Assembly (NCBI GenBank): GCA_029565675.1
Contig: JAKQNP010000021.1
Coordinates: 97,630 to 161,629, forward strand
Reading direction: 5' to 3'
Length of the DNA stretch: 64,000 nt
From: a bacterium
GTDB taxonomy: Bacteria; Zhuqueibacterota; Zhuqueibacteria; Residuimicrobiales; Oceaniaggregativiventaceae
Shown: positions 8,953 to 18,879 of the stretch, one piece after another
How the letters are laid out: every line of letters starts with the position of its first letter
How positions within the stretch are numbered: position 1 is the first letter of the stretch
Position numbers and translations under genes: made by a program
Notes under the pieces: generated by a model
Databases searched by the model: none
Told to the model about the DNA's origin: nothing
What the model saw: only the letters and a program-made list of their open reading frames with translations

Positions 8953-10059
8953 TCAAGGTCGGCTAAGAGCCCTGAGCAGGTGGTGCAACACCATCCGGTT
9001 GTCCAGCGCCAGATAATGGGTTTCGCCGCCCATGCGGTAAAAACTCTTGAGAAAACGCAGATAATAGTCGGGCGAGGATTTCGGCGGTTCGCCCTGGCTC
9101 CAATCCCACACCGATTCCTGCAGATCGACCACCGCGATCAAATGACCGCTGATTTTCCTGCCGCTGTCGCCAGCCAAATTGTTGGCCAGAGAGAAGGATT
9201 TTTCAAAGACCTGCGGTGCCATGATCGCCGAGCCGATGGAAAGAAAAACTCCATCGGCCAATCCTCGAACCGACTGAGCAAAAATTCGAAAATCGACATA
9301 AGCTCCGCGGCCGAGCGCGGCGCCGTTGGCCAGCGGGTGGTTGTAGATGATGTCATAACCGATGCCGGGATGTACGGTGATCGGCACTCCGCAACGCACC
9401 GCATTGGCAAAGACTGAAGTCGCCTGGTGCGGATGCGCCAGGGGTTGAAAACCAGCCGGCAGGTTGAATCGCCTCAGGGTGTGGTAGAGTTCAGCCACAG
9501 CCGGCAAATCCTCGGTGTTGTCTGCTACGGCCTTGTGCAGACGCTCTTTGAGTTCATCGACAGTCGGCAGGTATAAACCCTGTTCGTGAATCAGGCGGCC
9601 GAGCGACTCGCCATAGCCCATGCCTTTTAGGGCTCCCACCTGCACCGCTAAATTGATCCAGCGACCGGTTTCATCCCAGGTGCCGAAACAGCCCCGCCCC
9701 GCGTTGGTCCGCACATCTTCTTCGCTCGCGCCTTGAAACGCAAATTCCCAGTCGTGTATCCCGCCGGCGCCGTTGGTCGCAACGTGGGTCAGCCAGCCTT
9801 GCTCCAGCAGCCGAATCACAAGAGGTGCAGCACCATTTTTGATCAGATGGGCGCCAAACGCCAGCATCACCGAAGAGCCCCGCTTGTGGGCACTGCGGAT
9901 GCGGTCGGCAATCCGCTGCACAATCTTTGCCGTCGATGCCGGCAGGTCGGGGGGGATGGTGTCCGGATCGATGGAGATATCGCGGATCCGGGTTTTGCTA
10001 TAGCGCTGGGCCAGTGGATAAACGCGGATTTCAGCTGGATCGATTTGCGGATAGGGCAT
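8953..10059 (-). CDS. deoxyhypusine-synthase-like family protein
   Basis: The VATNGAGGIHDWEFA segment resembles the DHS motif VTTAGGxEED. Rossmann-like. Assigned from memory of the family, not from a search. Confidence 0.4.
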   Translation of the reverse strand: MPYPQIDPAEIRVYPLAQRYSKTRIRDISIDPDTIPPDLPASTAKIVQRIADRIRSAHKRGSSVMLAFGAHLIKNGAAPLVIRLLEQGWLTHVATNGAGGIHDWEFAFQGASEEDVRTNAGRGCFGTWDETGRWINLAVQVGALKGMGYGESLGRLIHEQGLYLPTVDELKERLHKAVADNTEDLPAVAELYHTLRRFNLPAGFQPLAHPHQATSVFANAVRCGVPITVHPGIGYDIIYNHPLANGAALGRGAYVDFRIFAQSVRGLADGVFLSIGSAIMAPQVFEKSFSLANNLAGDSGRKISGHLIAVVDLQESVWDWSQGEPPKSSPDYYLRFLKSFYRMGGETHYLALDNRMVLHHLLRALSRP

Positions 10060-11335
10060 GGGATGAATCCTTTGAATTTATCGACTCATACACCGCCTGG
10101 CGGTTTTCCTCCGGCAGTTTGACTTCATTGAAAAAGGTCATGCCGATGAAACGGTCGTTTCTGGCAAAACACTCTTTCCCCCAGGCGATGATGTTTTTCA
10201 CGTACCTGGCGTCTTTGGGCGGCAGAGCATAGCCTTGCGGCATTTCCTTTCTGATGGTGGTGTGCAGGTAAAATTTCAGCGGTGCCAGATGGTCGATCAC
10301 TTTTTCCACCATCTCGGGCTCTTTGTCGCCGTTGCGGCCTTCGCAATAGGGCATGACGAAATCGCAGCCTACCTGCGCCAACAATTCGGTGCGGTGGCCG
10401 CGGAAGTTCTGATAATCGGCAATATCGAATTCCGAGGTCGGCAAACCGGTATAGAATCCGAACTCGAAATTGGGATTGATGCTTTTGATCAGCTTCTTGA
10501 GATCGATAAGGGTATCCCGCACGCGTGTGCTTTTCCAGAGGTGAAGCTCTTCGGGGCTGATGTTATCGCGGGTCTTGCCGGTATCCTGCAACAGCCGCTG
10601 TTGCGAGCTCCGACACCAGCAAGTATTTTCGGTATAGGAGGGGTGCTCGAGCACCAGACCGTCCAGGTCGCTATAGCGTTCCAGCACATCCCGGATTTTG
10701 TCGCGCATATATCGCTGTGCCGGTTCGCTGTCACAGCAGATGTGCAAGGTTTCGATGGCTTCGCGCTCCAGTGGATCAGCCGCCGGATCGATCTGGTGAA
10801 TAAAACCTCCCTGAGGCGGGGTCAGAAATTCCACGCCTGGATAGCCCCGGCGAATGCCGCGCATACCGAGATATTTGATTTCGATATAGATCTTGATGCC
10901 CAGGTGGTGAGCTTTTTTGATGATCTGTGAGAAAAACTCGGTTTCTTCGCAGCTGTTCAACGCCCTTGGGTCGATCTGCGGTTTAAGCAGCGGATTTCTC
11001 GCCGGCCACGCCAGCCCGTGATTTTCGGGAGAATAAGCGCCGTGGCTGGCCATCATGACGATCAGACGTGTCATGCCGTGCTGGTCCATTTCATCCAACA
11101 GCCGGCTGTAATAATCGTATCCCAGGCGGCGATCGCCGGTCTGGTAGGTCAGACAGGTTGTCCAACCGAAAACCATGTTGCGTTTCTTGTTTCTGCCATG
11201 ACAATGGGGCATGCCGATGCCCGCTGCCACAGAGGCCAACCCCATGCCTAAAAGCTGCAAAAAACGCCTTCTATCACTTTTCCTGTTGCTTGTGGTCATT
11301 TGAATCATCGCCCTGGTTTGGTCACAATCGTCCAC
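10031..11335 (-). CDS. Tat-signal secreted hypothetical protein, possibly a TIM-barrel glycosidase-like fold
   Basis: The twin-arginine signal SDRRRFLQLLGMGLASVAAG sits after an alternative start (MIQMTTSN...). No confident family assignment. Confidence 0.45.
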   Translation of the reverse strand: MDDCDQTRAMIQMTTSNRKSDRRRFLQLLGMGLASVAAGIGMPHCHGRNKKRNMVFGWTTCLTYQTGDRRLGYDYYSRLLDEMDQHGMTRLIVMMASHGAYSPENHGLAWPARNPLLKPQIDPRALNSCEETEFFSQIIKKAHHLGIKIYIEIKYLGMRGIRRGYPGVEFLTPPQGGFIHQIDPAADPLEREAIETLHICCDSEPAQRYMRDKIRDVLERYSDLDGLVLEHPSYTENTCWCRSSQQRLLQDTGKTRDNISPEELHLWKSTRVRDTLIDLKKLIKSINPNFEFGFYTGLPTSEFDIADYQNFRGHRTELLAQVGCDFVMPYCEGRNGDKEPEMVEKVIDHLAPLKFYLHTTIRKEMPQGYALPPKDARYVKNIIAWGKECFARNDRFIGMTFFNEVKLPEENRQAVYESINSKDSSHALSANRSS

Positions 11336-11853
11336 AGATGACGAAAAGTGGCGGATCTACCCCGAATGTGATTCTCGGGCGCTTCAATTGCGCCGAGTGA
11401 TCAACGCCATAATAGCCAATCGCGGCTTGAAAATCAAGAACCATTTCGATATTAGCGGCTCTTCTTATTCCGGGGAGATGCCCCTAGATGCCGATTTCTG
11501 AGGAACAAAATAAACTACCCAGATTCGGTGTCAACCGAATCAAAAATCATTCAATCACTTATTCCTTATGCGGTTGCACAAATGGCAGTTTCCACCCTCT
11601 GTGTATTGCTATCAGATTGATTTTCTGTGCGATTCGGTGCTGCGCACCGAATCCGGGAACTAATTGTAATTAACTTAAAAGATTAAGTTGGTTTGACTTC
11701 AACCACATGATGATTTTTATACTCGATTTCGGCCTGTACTTTTTATATGCGGCGTTGGCTGAAATCCATTCATCCTGTTGCATTTCGTCGCCTTTTTGTT
11801 TAAATTGACAATGCCGAGTTGAACGCAGAACCCAACCTGACGGAGGTTATGCC

Positions 11854-12147
11854 ATGGCATCGAAAAAAAGACCGCTGGCAGTCGTCGTGCTGTTGGCGCT
11901 GTTGGCTTTTCAGGGATTGAGCGGTGTATACGGGGGTGTGGGGTTGATTTTGGACCCCACGGGTGTATCGCTGCAGATTCCACAGGCCTGGCTCGAGGGA
12001 ACACCGTTTGCTGACTATTCGATCCCCGGATGGATCTTGTTGGTTGTGCTGGGCCTGTTGCCCCTTTTCGTTTTTTACCTTTTGCTCAACAGACGGCCTT
12101 CTTGCTGGTTTGCGACCGGTCTGGTCGGTGTGGCCCTGGTCATCTGA
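11854..12147 (+). pseudogene. small polytopic membrane protein interrupted by an in-frame TGA; the ORF continues to about 12300
   Basis: The reading frame ...TGLVGVALVI(TGA)IGVEILMIGYQAQPPLQLIYGTVGVVMLILLLLAS... continues as a TM helix across the stop. Putting Trp at the stop would give VIWIG. Confidence 0.4.
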
Positions 12148-12385
12148 ATCGGCGTCGAAATCTTGATGATCGGCTATCAGGCTCAACCGCCGCTGCAGCT
12201 GATCTATGGAACGGTTGGTGTGGTGATGCTGATTTTGCTTTTGTTGGCTTCCGTTAAAGGATATTGTTCGAACACGATCGCACAGGCTGAAACAGATCGA
12301 TCCTGATTGTGCCCGCCAACCCGGGAGTCAAAATGCAAAAACAGCTGACCATTTTCGCCTCTTTTGGGGATGGATAAGTGACTCG

Positions 12386-12757
12386 ATGCGCACTCATCTC
12401 TGTATTTTTCTCGCGCTCTCTTTTCAGGCTGTGGCTGTTTTTCTCATCGGCCATTTGCCGCTGTCGCCTGTGCTTTATTGTCTTCTGGCCGGGGCGATCG
12501 GTTTCGGATTCGGCGCCAATTTTGTCCTTTTTGCCAAGGAAACAGCGCATCTGTACGGAATCGGCAATATGGGCATGGTTTATTCCTACGTTTTTATGGG
12601 TTACGCCTTTGCCGGCATTCTGGGCCCGTTGACCGGGGGGCTGCTGTTTGATGCTCTCGGTGGTTATAGCGCCGCAGCTCTTTTGGCTGCGCTGACGAGC
12701 CTGGCCGGAGCTTTGGTCTCTATCAGGGAGAAACCAATCCCAAAAGGACTTTTATGA
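12386..12757 (+). pseudogene. MFS transporter C-terminal fragment (last ~4 TM helices only): a gene remnant
   Basis: GAIGFGFGANFVLFAKETAHLYG...GILGPLTGGLLFDALGGYSAAALLAALTSLAG is the C-terminal third of an OFA/MFS permease. No N-terminal 8 TMs are present in any upstream frame. Confidence 0.5.
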
Positions 12758-13920
12758 TGCATTCTCGAGCAGCGCGATTGGCCGCTGTCGCCCTCTTGTC
12801 ACTTTTGTTCTGCAACCTGGCGCACGGCCAGGATCGACCGCGCGCGCGGGATCTCGGAATTCGCGTCGGCACCTTTGACCCCGGTCAGCTTAATGCCATC
12901 ACCGATGTCGCTGGTGTCAGGGTAGGACACGCCACCCTCATTCGCGGCGATTCGGTGCGCACCGGCGTGACCGTCATCTTTCCCCATGCCGGGAATCTGT
13001 TCGAAAGCAGGGTGCCGGCAGCAGTGGCGGTCGGCAACGGTTTCGGCAAATTCATCGGCAGCAGCCAAATCCAGGAACTGGGCGAGTTGGAAACACCTAT
13101 CGCTCTCACCAATACCCTGTGTGTCTGGCGCGTGGCTGAAGTGTTGGCCTGCTGGATGCTGGACCAACACGGCATGGAAAATGTGCGGTCAATCAATCCT
13201 GTCGTCGCCGAGACCAACGATGGCTGGGCCCTCAATGCCATTCGATCCTTCCCTGTAACCCGCAGTGATGTCTTGCAGGCATTGACGGCAACAACCGATC
13301 AGAACGTCGCTGAAGGCGCAGTGGGTGCCGGCACCGGCACCGTGGCGTTTCAGTGGAAAGGCGGTATCGGCACGAGTTCGCGCGTCGATCCTGCCGGTCA
13401 GTGGACCGTAGGCGTATTGGTGCAATCGAATTTTGGCAGCTGGCAGGATCTGCTGATCGAAGGAGTGCCGGTGGGACGGGAACTCGGCCGAGGCGGCGTA
13501 CATCCGAATGCAGCCAGAGAGTCGGACGGCTCGATCATCGTCGTCGTGGCCACCGATGCACCGCTGTCAGATCGCAATCTGCGCCGTCTGGCTGCCCGCG
13601 CCCTGTTGGGGGTCGGGCGAACCGGCGGCTATGCAGCCAATGGTTCCGGCGACTATGCCATCGCTTTTTCCACCCATGCCGCTGTCCGCCGCACTGCCGT
13701 GCGGGGCGCAATGCCGGATACCCTGCGAACCGCAGAACTCGGCAATGCCAATCTGAACAAACTGTTCAACGCCACCGTCGACGCCACCGTCGAAGCGATC
13801 TACAATTCGTTGTTCCGCGCTCAGACTCTCTCCGGCGCCCATGCCACGGTGGAGGCGCTGCCGATCGAACAGGTGCAAAAGATCTTGCAGAACCATGGAG
13901 CAATTGAGCATTCGAGGTGA
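12754..13920 (+). CDS. secreted P1-family (DmpA/OAT, S58) L-aminopeptidase/D-Ala-esterase-like peptidase
   Basis: Signal peptide, then the DmpA-like fold motifs (GVRVGHATL..., VGAGTGTVAF, IVVVATDAPL). Confidence 0.75.
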   Translation: MMHSRAARLAAVALLSLLFCNLAHGQDRPRARDLGIRVGTFDPGQLNAITDVAGVRVGHATLIRGDSVRTGVTVIFPHAGNLFESRVPAAVAVGNGFGKFIGSSQIQELGELETPIALTNTLCVWRVAEVLACWMLDQHGMENVRSINPVVAETNDGWALNAIRSFPVTRSDVLQALTATTDQNVAEGAVGAGTGTVAFQWKGGIGTSSRVDPAGQWTVGVLVQSNFGSWQDLLIEGVPVGRELGRGGVHPNAARESDGSIIVVVATDAPLSDRNLRRLAARALLGVGRTGGYAANGSGDYAIAFSTHAAVRRTAVRGAMPDTLRTAELGNANLNKLFNATVDATVEAIYNSLFRAQTLSGAHATVEALPIEQVQKILQNHGAIEHSR

Positions 13921-13997
13921 CAACGGCAGCCGAGTTGTTCTGGACAACGGGCCACAAGCTGATCCCCTGCCCCCGCCTTGGATGAGATTGGAGGAGA

Positions 13998-15266
13998 ATG
14001 AAAGAGAAAATTTTGCAAGCGGCGGATTCGCCGCGGGAGTTGGAAGCGCTCTACCGAGCGCAGCCAAAAGAATTCAACCAGGCTTTCATGGCGGCTTATG
14101 CCGAGAGAAACGATTCTCTGGTTTTGCAGGCCTGGAAGGAACGATTGTTCTTATCTGCAACCGGTGCAATGAGCGAATCCTCGGGTGCTTCGCGTTGGCG
14201 GATTGGCGATATCAGCCTGGTCATTGTTTTATCGCTGATCGCCGGCACTCTGGCGAAACTGCCGCACTTCTTTTCGGCGGTTAATGAAAACTGGTTTTAT
14301 AGTCGCAACCTGGCGGGAATTGTCATCGGCGCTTTAATCGCCTACTTTTGTTTCCAAAGGCAGTGCGGCAAAAAAACAGCCGCCATTCTATCGATTCTGT
14401 TTTTCGGGGGCATGCTCTATTTGAACCTTTTGCCCGATAAATCCATCTCTCAGAGCATAGCGCTTGCCTGCCTGCACATGCCGGTCTTTTTTTGGGCCCT
14501 TTTGGGTGTTTCGTTTTTGGCAGGATCCTGGCAAAATTTGCCGGGCAGAATGGATTACGTGCGATACAACGGCGAAGTGGTGGTTTACAGCACCGTCATT
14601 TTGATCGGCGGAGTGGTGCTGACGGCCTTGACCCTCGGCCTCTTCGAGTTGATCGAGTTGAAAATTGAACAGTGGTATTTCAAAACCGTGGCGATCTACG
14701 GCGGCATCGCCGCGCCGATCGTCGCCACTCTGATCGGCGAGCGGATCGTCGGGACGCGTTTCAAGATCGCTCCGCTGCTCGCCAAAGTCTTTACGCCGCT
14801 TTTTCTCGTGATGGCCCTGGCTTATCTGGTTGCCATGGCAATCCAGCAAAAAAGCCCTTTCACGGATCGGGATTTTTTGATCGCTTTCAATGGACTGCTG
14901 CTGGTTGTCCTCGCCCTATGCGTTTTTTCGATTTCCGAACGCGGGACAACGGCTCGTTTCGCTGTTGCTGATTTCCTGAATATCGGATTGGTTCTGGTCA
15001 CGCTCATCATCGATCTCATCGCACTGGCGGCGATTCTTTTTCGTTTGACTTCATACGGCTACACACCCAATCGCCTGGCTGTGCTCGGCGCCAACCTGCT
15101 GGTCTTTTGTCATTTGGCTGGCATCCTCTACCTCTATGTGCGCTTTGTGGTCAAACGGCAATCCCTGACTTCGCTTGACCAGTGGATCGTTGGGTACCTC
15201 CCGGTTTATGTGATCTGGAGTGTTTTTGTGGCAGTGGCGTTTCCTCTGATTTTTTCATTCAAGTAA
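13998..15266 (+). CDS. polytopic inner-membrane protein of unknown function (about 10 TM)
   Basis: Hydrophobicity pattern only. Confidence 0.5.
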   Translation: MKEKILQAADSPRELEALYRAQPKEFNQAFMAAYAERNDSLVLQAWKERLFLSATGAMSESSGASRWRIGDISLVIVLSLIAGTLAKLPHFFSAVNENWFYSRNLAGIVIGALIAYFCFQRQCGKKTAAILSILFFGGMLYLNLLPDKSISQSIALACLHMPVFFWALLGVSFLAGSWQNLPGRMDYVRYNGEVVVYSTVILIGGVVLTALTLGLFELIELKIEQWYFKTVAIYGGIAAPIVATLIGERIVGTRFKIAPLLAKVFTPLFLVMALAYLVAMAIQQKSPFTDRDFLIAFNGLLLVVLALCVFSISERGTTARFAVADFLNIGLVLVTLIIDLIALAAILFRLTSYGYTPNRLAVLGANLLVFCHLAGILYLYVRFVVKRQSLTSLDQWIVGYLPVYVIWSVFVAVAFPLIFSFK

Positions 15267-15291
15267 ACAGACCGGCAAGAGCCGTGGTCGT

Positions 15292-18200
15292 CTAGTGCTC
15301 GCTGGGTATGGCTGTGGAGTGGATCGGTTGACCGGTCATCTCGGAAAGATAATCGATCAAACCGAGAAAAATTTTGTGCGCCAGATTACGGCGAAAGTCG
15401 GCGGAATTGAGTTTTTCCTCATCTTCGGCATGGCTCATGAACGCCTGTTCCACCAGCACAGCCGGACAGGTGGAGAGTCTGGTGACCAGATAATTGAACG
15501 ACCCGACCACACCGAATTCAGCCAGCGGCAGTTCGAGCAGACGATCGTAGATCGCATGGGCCAGAGGCGCCCAGAACGGATTGTGGTAGTAGGTGCTGGT
15601 TCCGGAAGCGCCGAGATAACCCCTTCCGGTGCCGGCGGCGTTGGCGTGGATGCTGATCAGCAAATCGGCCTCTTCTGCCACGGCAGTATCTTGTTTTTCC
15701 TGCAATCCCATGTCCACATCATGCTGTCGGATCTGGATGACTTGAATCCCGTGTTCCCGACAGATTTTTCCCAGTTCCTGCGCGACTTCCAGATTGATGG
15801 TTTTTTCCTCGAGTCCTGACAATCCGATGGCGCCGAGATTGCTGCCGCCGTGCCCTGCTTCGATGGCCACTTTGAGCCCGGCCGGCGACAACCCTTGGCC
15901 GTTTTTGTCCAGCCTGGGTGGGTAGCGCAGGCGCAGGCGCAAAAAGCCCTCTGCAGCTTCGATCGTATAGCCCCAAATTTTATCGGTTTTGAGGTTCACA
16001 TAGATAGTGTAGGTCTCCGGATCGGATTGTTCCCAGGTGATCCGATCGACCAGGCGAAGATTTTGGCGGTGCGTCAGCCAGGTGCTCAGAGTCTGTGCTC
16101 CAAACAGGCGGACGACAAGCCGTTTTTGCTCAGGTTCGGGGAAAATCGCATAGGGAATCGGCTTTTCATATGGAATAACCACCACGTCCTCGTCTTGACC
16201 GGGTGCCGCCTGAATGGAGCGGATAAAAGTGAACGGCTTTTCGCTGCCGTTCGGCAGAGCCTCGACATTTTGCGCGGACAGAAACGCTGAAAGGCTTTTG
16301 CCCAAACGGACGCGATAGAATTTGCCGAATCGGCCGTCGCTCTGCAGGATCACACCCGGTCCATATTCCGCCAAAATTGGCCCGCCCAGACGAATCATCC
16401 CCTGATTGTAGGTCAACGCGGTTTTGGCTGCCGTTGTGCGGAGCAGCGGAAAATAATCGGCCGTCTGAATGCGCACGATGCCCGGCACAACCGCCGATAT
16501 TTCAGCCTGTTGCGCTCCGGTCGCCGCTTGCAGGTGCACAACCGCATCCATATCCGCGTTCTGCGGCAGCGCGGCGGCCGGTAATTCGATCGAGTAGCGG
16601 CTAAAGTCGGATTCATCCTGGCGCTGCAAAGGGAAAAGCTGCCCGGCAGGCCGGATTTCAAGCCAGCCGGTCTGTCCTTGCGAACCGATCAGCGAAAAGG
16701 CGATTCGGTCCTCCGGCAAGAGCACCCGGCTCAATTTGGGTTCGATCGACAGCGTGTCGATCCATAACGGCAGCGGCGGGCGTGGCGGTGCGGGCGGCAG
16801 CAAGAAAATCTGTTTTTCATACATCTCTTTTGCTGAATCGGCAAATGTGCAGCAGCCCGTCACGCGGTTTATGCCCGGCTGCAGCGTGATCTCGTGAAAA
16901 AAAATGCCGGTTTGATATTGTTTGCAGGCAATGCCGTTTATGGCTGCTTCTGCCGGAAAGCTTGCCCTGAACAGGACCGGTATGCGCTCATGTCTGACGC
17001 TGTCCCCGGGACTGTCGCGCAATTCGATAAACGGTTCCGGGCGTTCGATTTGTCCCTCTTCAGTGATGCGGTAACGAAAGGGCAGCCGCCAGCGGTAATC
17101 GCGTTTTAGCCGCAGCCTGTCGTTGCCGGAGATGAGCTGCAGCGAATCGACCGTTCCCGGCAACACCACGCCAGCCCAACCATCGGCGTCTGCGATCTGG
17201 CAAAAACCGTTTATTTGCACAATTTGACCTCGCCTGGGCGTACCATCCGCTTGCAGCCACTGCAGGACCACTGCTCGCTCGGCACGGCCGCTTCGCCGCA
17301 AGCGCAATGGGCGATAGGGAAGAGGCGCGGCACCCGGTGCAGGTTCGGTTGCGCTCCATTCGCTGGCATTGGCGTCGATTCGCAGCAATCGCCCATGGGG
17401 ATGTCCTGGCTCTTTTGCTGTCGCTCGCGACTGATCGAGTGAAGGAGAAAAGTCGGCAAGCTCGAGAAAACCGATTGCCTGGATTGTATCAGAGTATGTT
17501 TGCCGAGCCAGGTCGTCGGCCGAAAAGACCAGTGCATCGAAAAGGGTTTGCCTTTCCTGGCGGGTGTAAGAGCTTTGCAGAGAAGGAGGATTGGTTTTTG
17601 CATTTGCAGCAAAGTTCGAACCTGGCAGTTGGCCGAAAAGCATCAAATCAGGGCGAATCACCAGTGATGCTGCGATGAGATCGTGGGCGCGCGCCAAGAG
17701 ATAGTCGCCGTCCACTTTGGCAAAAGTCCGGCCTGAGCAGGCCTCATCGGTTCGAGGCTGTCGGCGGTTTAAAGCATCACCGCCTCTCCCGCTTGCCGCA
17801 TGATCGGTACAGTCGAGAAACAGCCCATCCCATTCGACAGCCTGCAGCCATTTTTTCAATTCGCTTTTGTTCCGGCTGCTGAGTTCAGGCCAATCGGCGT
17901 TGAGATGCCGGCTCGCATCGATCGGGTGTCCGCCGGCTTGACCAGGCGCGTTTGCTGCAGATGCCTGGAGGTCAAGGCCGGCAAATACCGACAGGCCGAT
18001 TCGGTGCGCCTCTTGCACAGGTTGTTGAAGGCAAGCCGACAGGTCGACGGAGGAGGCTGCCGAACAGGGCAGCTCGAGCACCAAGACGTTGAAACCGCCA
18101 CGTCCACATCGATCGATGATCTCGTACAAGCGTTGTCGGGCGAGCTCGGCTTCCTGCAGGTGCCAGTCGGGCGCGGAGATGAGCACTCCACAGACATCAG

Positions 18201-18306
18201 CGGCCGGATTGGGCGGTTTTGGTGGTTCGGGGTGGGGCAAGTGTTGAACAGCGGCACAGCTGAGCCAAAAAATAGCGGCAGCAGACAAGAGCAGATGTTT
18301 TGCCAT
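15292..18306 (-). CDS. large lipoprotein with a C-terminal N-acetylmuramoyl-L-alanine amidase (Amidase_3) domain and an N-terminal glycosidase-like region
   Basis: Lipoprotein signal MAKHLLLSAAAIFWLSC (start at 18306). The C-terminus KVAIEAGHGGSN...ISIHANAAGTGRGYLGASGTSTYYH...AVLVEQAFMSH matches the AmiC/Amidase_3 zinc amidase. Confidence 0.65.
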   Translation of the reverse strand: MAKHLLLSAAAIFWLSCAAVQHLPHPEPPKPPNPAADVCGVLISAPDWHLQEAELARQRLYEIIDRCGRGGFNVLVLELPCSAASSVDLSACLQQPVQEAHRIGLSVFAGLDLQASAANAPGQAGGHPIDASRHLNADWPELSSRNKSELKKWLQAVEWDGLFLDCTDHAASGRGGDALNRRQPRTDEACSGRTFAKVDGDYLLARAHDLIAASLVIRPDLMLFGQLPGSNFAANAKTNPPSLQSSYTRQERQTLFDALVFSADDLARQTYSDTIQAIGFLELADFSPSLDQSRATAKEPGHPHGRLLRIDANASEWSATEPAPGAAPLPYRPLRLRRSGRAERAVVLQWLQADGTPRRGQIVQINGFCQIADADGWAGVVLPGTVDSLQLISGNDRLRLKRDYRWRLPFRYRITEEGQIERPEPFIELRDSPGDSVRHERIPVLFRASFPAEAAINGIACKQYQTGIFFHEITLQPGINRVTGCCTFADSAKEMYEKQIFLLPPAPPRPPLPLWIDTLSIEPKLSRVLLPEDRIAFSLIGSQGQTGWLEIRPAGQLFPLQRQDESDFSRYSIELPAAALPQNADMDAVVHLQAATGAQQAEISAVVPGIVRIQTADYFPLLRTTAAKTALTYNQGMIRLGGPILAEYGPGVILQSDGRFGKFYRVRLGKSLSAFLSAQNVEALPNGSEKPFTFIRSIQAAPGQDEDVVVIPYEKPIPYAIFPEPEQKRLVVRLFGAQTLSTWLTHRQNLRLVDRITWEQSDPETYTIYVNLKTDKIWGYTIEAAEGFLRLRLRYPPRLDKNGQGLSPAGLKVAIEAGHGGSNLGAIGLSGLEEKTINLEVAQELGKICREHGIQVIQIRQHDVDMGLQEKQDTAVAEEADLLISIHANAAGTGRGYLGASGTSTYYHNPFWAPLAHAIYDRLLELPLAEFGVVGSFNYLVTRLSTCPAVLVEQAFMSHAEDEEKLNSADFRRNLAHKIFLGLIDYLSEMTGQPIHSTAIPSEH

Positions 18307-18384
18307 ATCGATCTCCTTGGACAATTGTCGCGCTTCATTGTCTTCTTTAACGGCGGGAATAACCGCCTGGCTGGCTGAGTTGCA

Positions 18385-18879
18385 GTGGAAAAGAACTGTG
18401 CAAATCGAGAGTATGGAATGGTTCAACTAGACAAAAGCGCCGATCCATCGGTTCGGGCGACACACGAGCATGCCGGCGATGGGCCGATTCTATTCTTCGA
18501 TGGGATTTGTGTTTTGTGCAATTCGACGGTGGACGCCATTTTGCGTCTCGATTCCAAACAGATCTTTCGCTTCGCCGCATTGCAATCGCCGGCCGCCACA
18601 AGGCTTCTCGCGCCCTATTGCGATGATTTGGCCGCAGTCGACAGCGTGGTGCTGCTGGAAGATGGCCAGGTTTTTACCCGTTCTGAAGCCGTGCGCCGGA
18701 TCGCCCGTCGCCTCGCAGGTTTGTGGCCGGCGGTTTCCCTGCTGCTCAGGTTGATTCCTCGATCGTGCGGCGATCTCTTTTATGAATGGATCGCCGCCGG
18801 CCGCTATCGCCTGTTCGGCCGGCGCCAAAGCTGCCGCCTGCAAGATGACCGCTGGGCGGATCGCTTTATCATTGCCTGA
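18385..18879 (+). CDS. thiol-disulfide oxidoreductase DCC family (DUF393) protein
   Basis: FFDGICVLCNSTVDAILRLD carries the DxxCxxC motif of DCC proteins. Confidence 0.7.
   Translation: MEKNCANREYGMVQLDKSADPSVRATHEHAGDGPILFFDGICVLCNSTVDAILRLDSKQIFRFAALQSPAATRLLAPYCDDLAAVDSVVLLEDGQVFTRSEAVRRIARRLAGLWPAVSLLLRLIPRSCGDLFYEWIAAGRYRLFGRRQSCRLQDDRWADRFIIA

Noticed and set aside
12145-12147. Genome-wide TGA recoding (alternative genetic code)
   Set aside because: TGA terminates many well-supported genes on this contig, for example the MFP gene. The in-frame TGA is more likely a point mutation or sequencing error.
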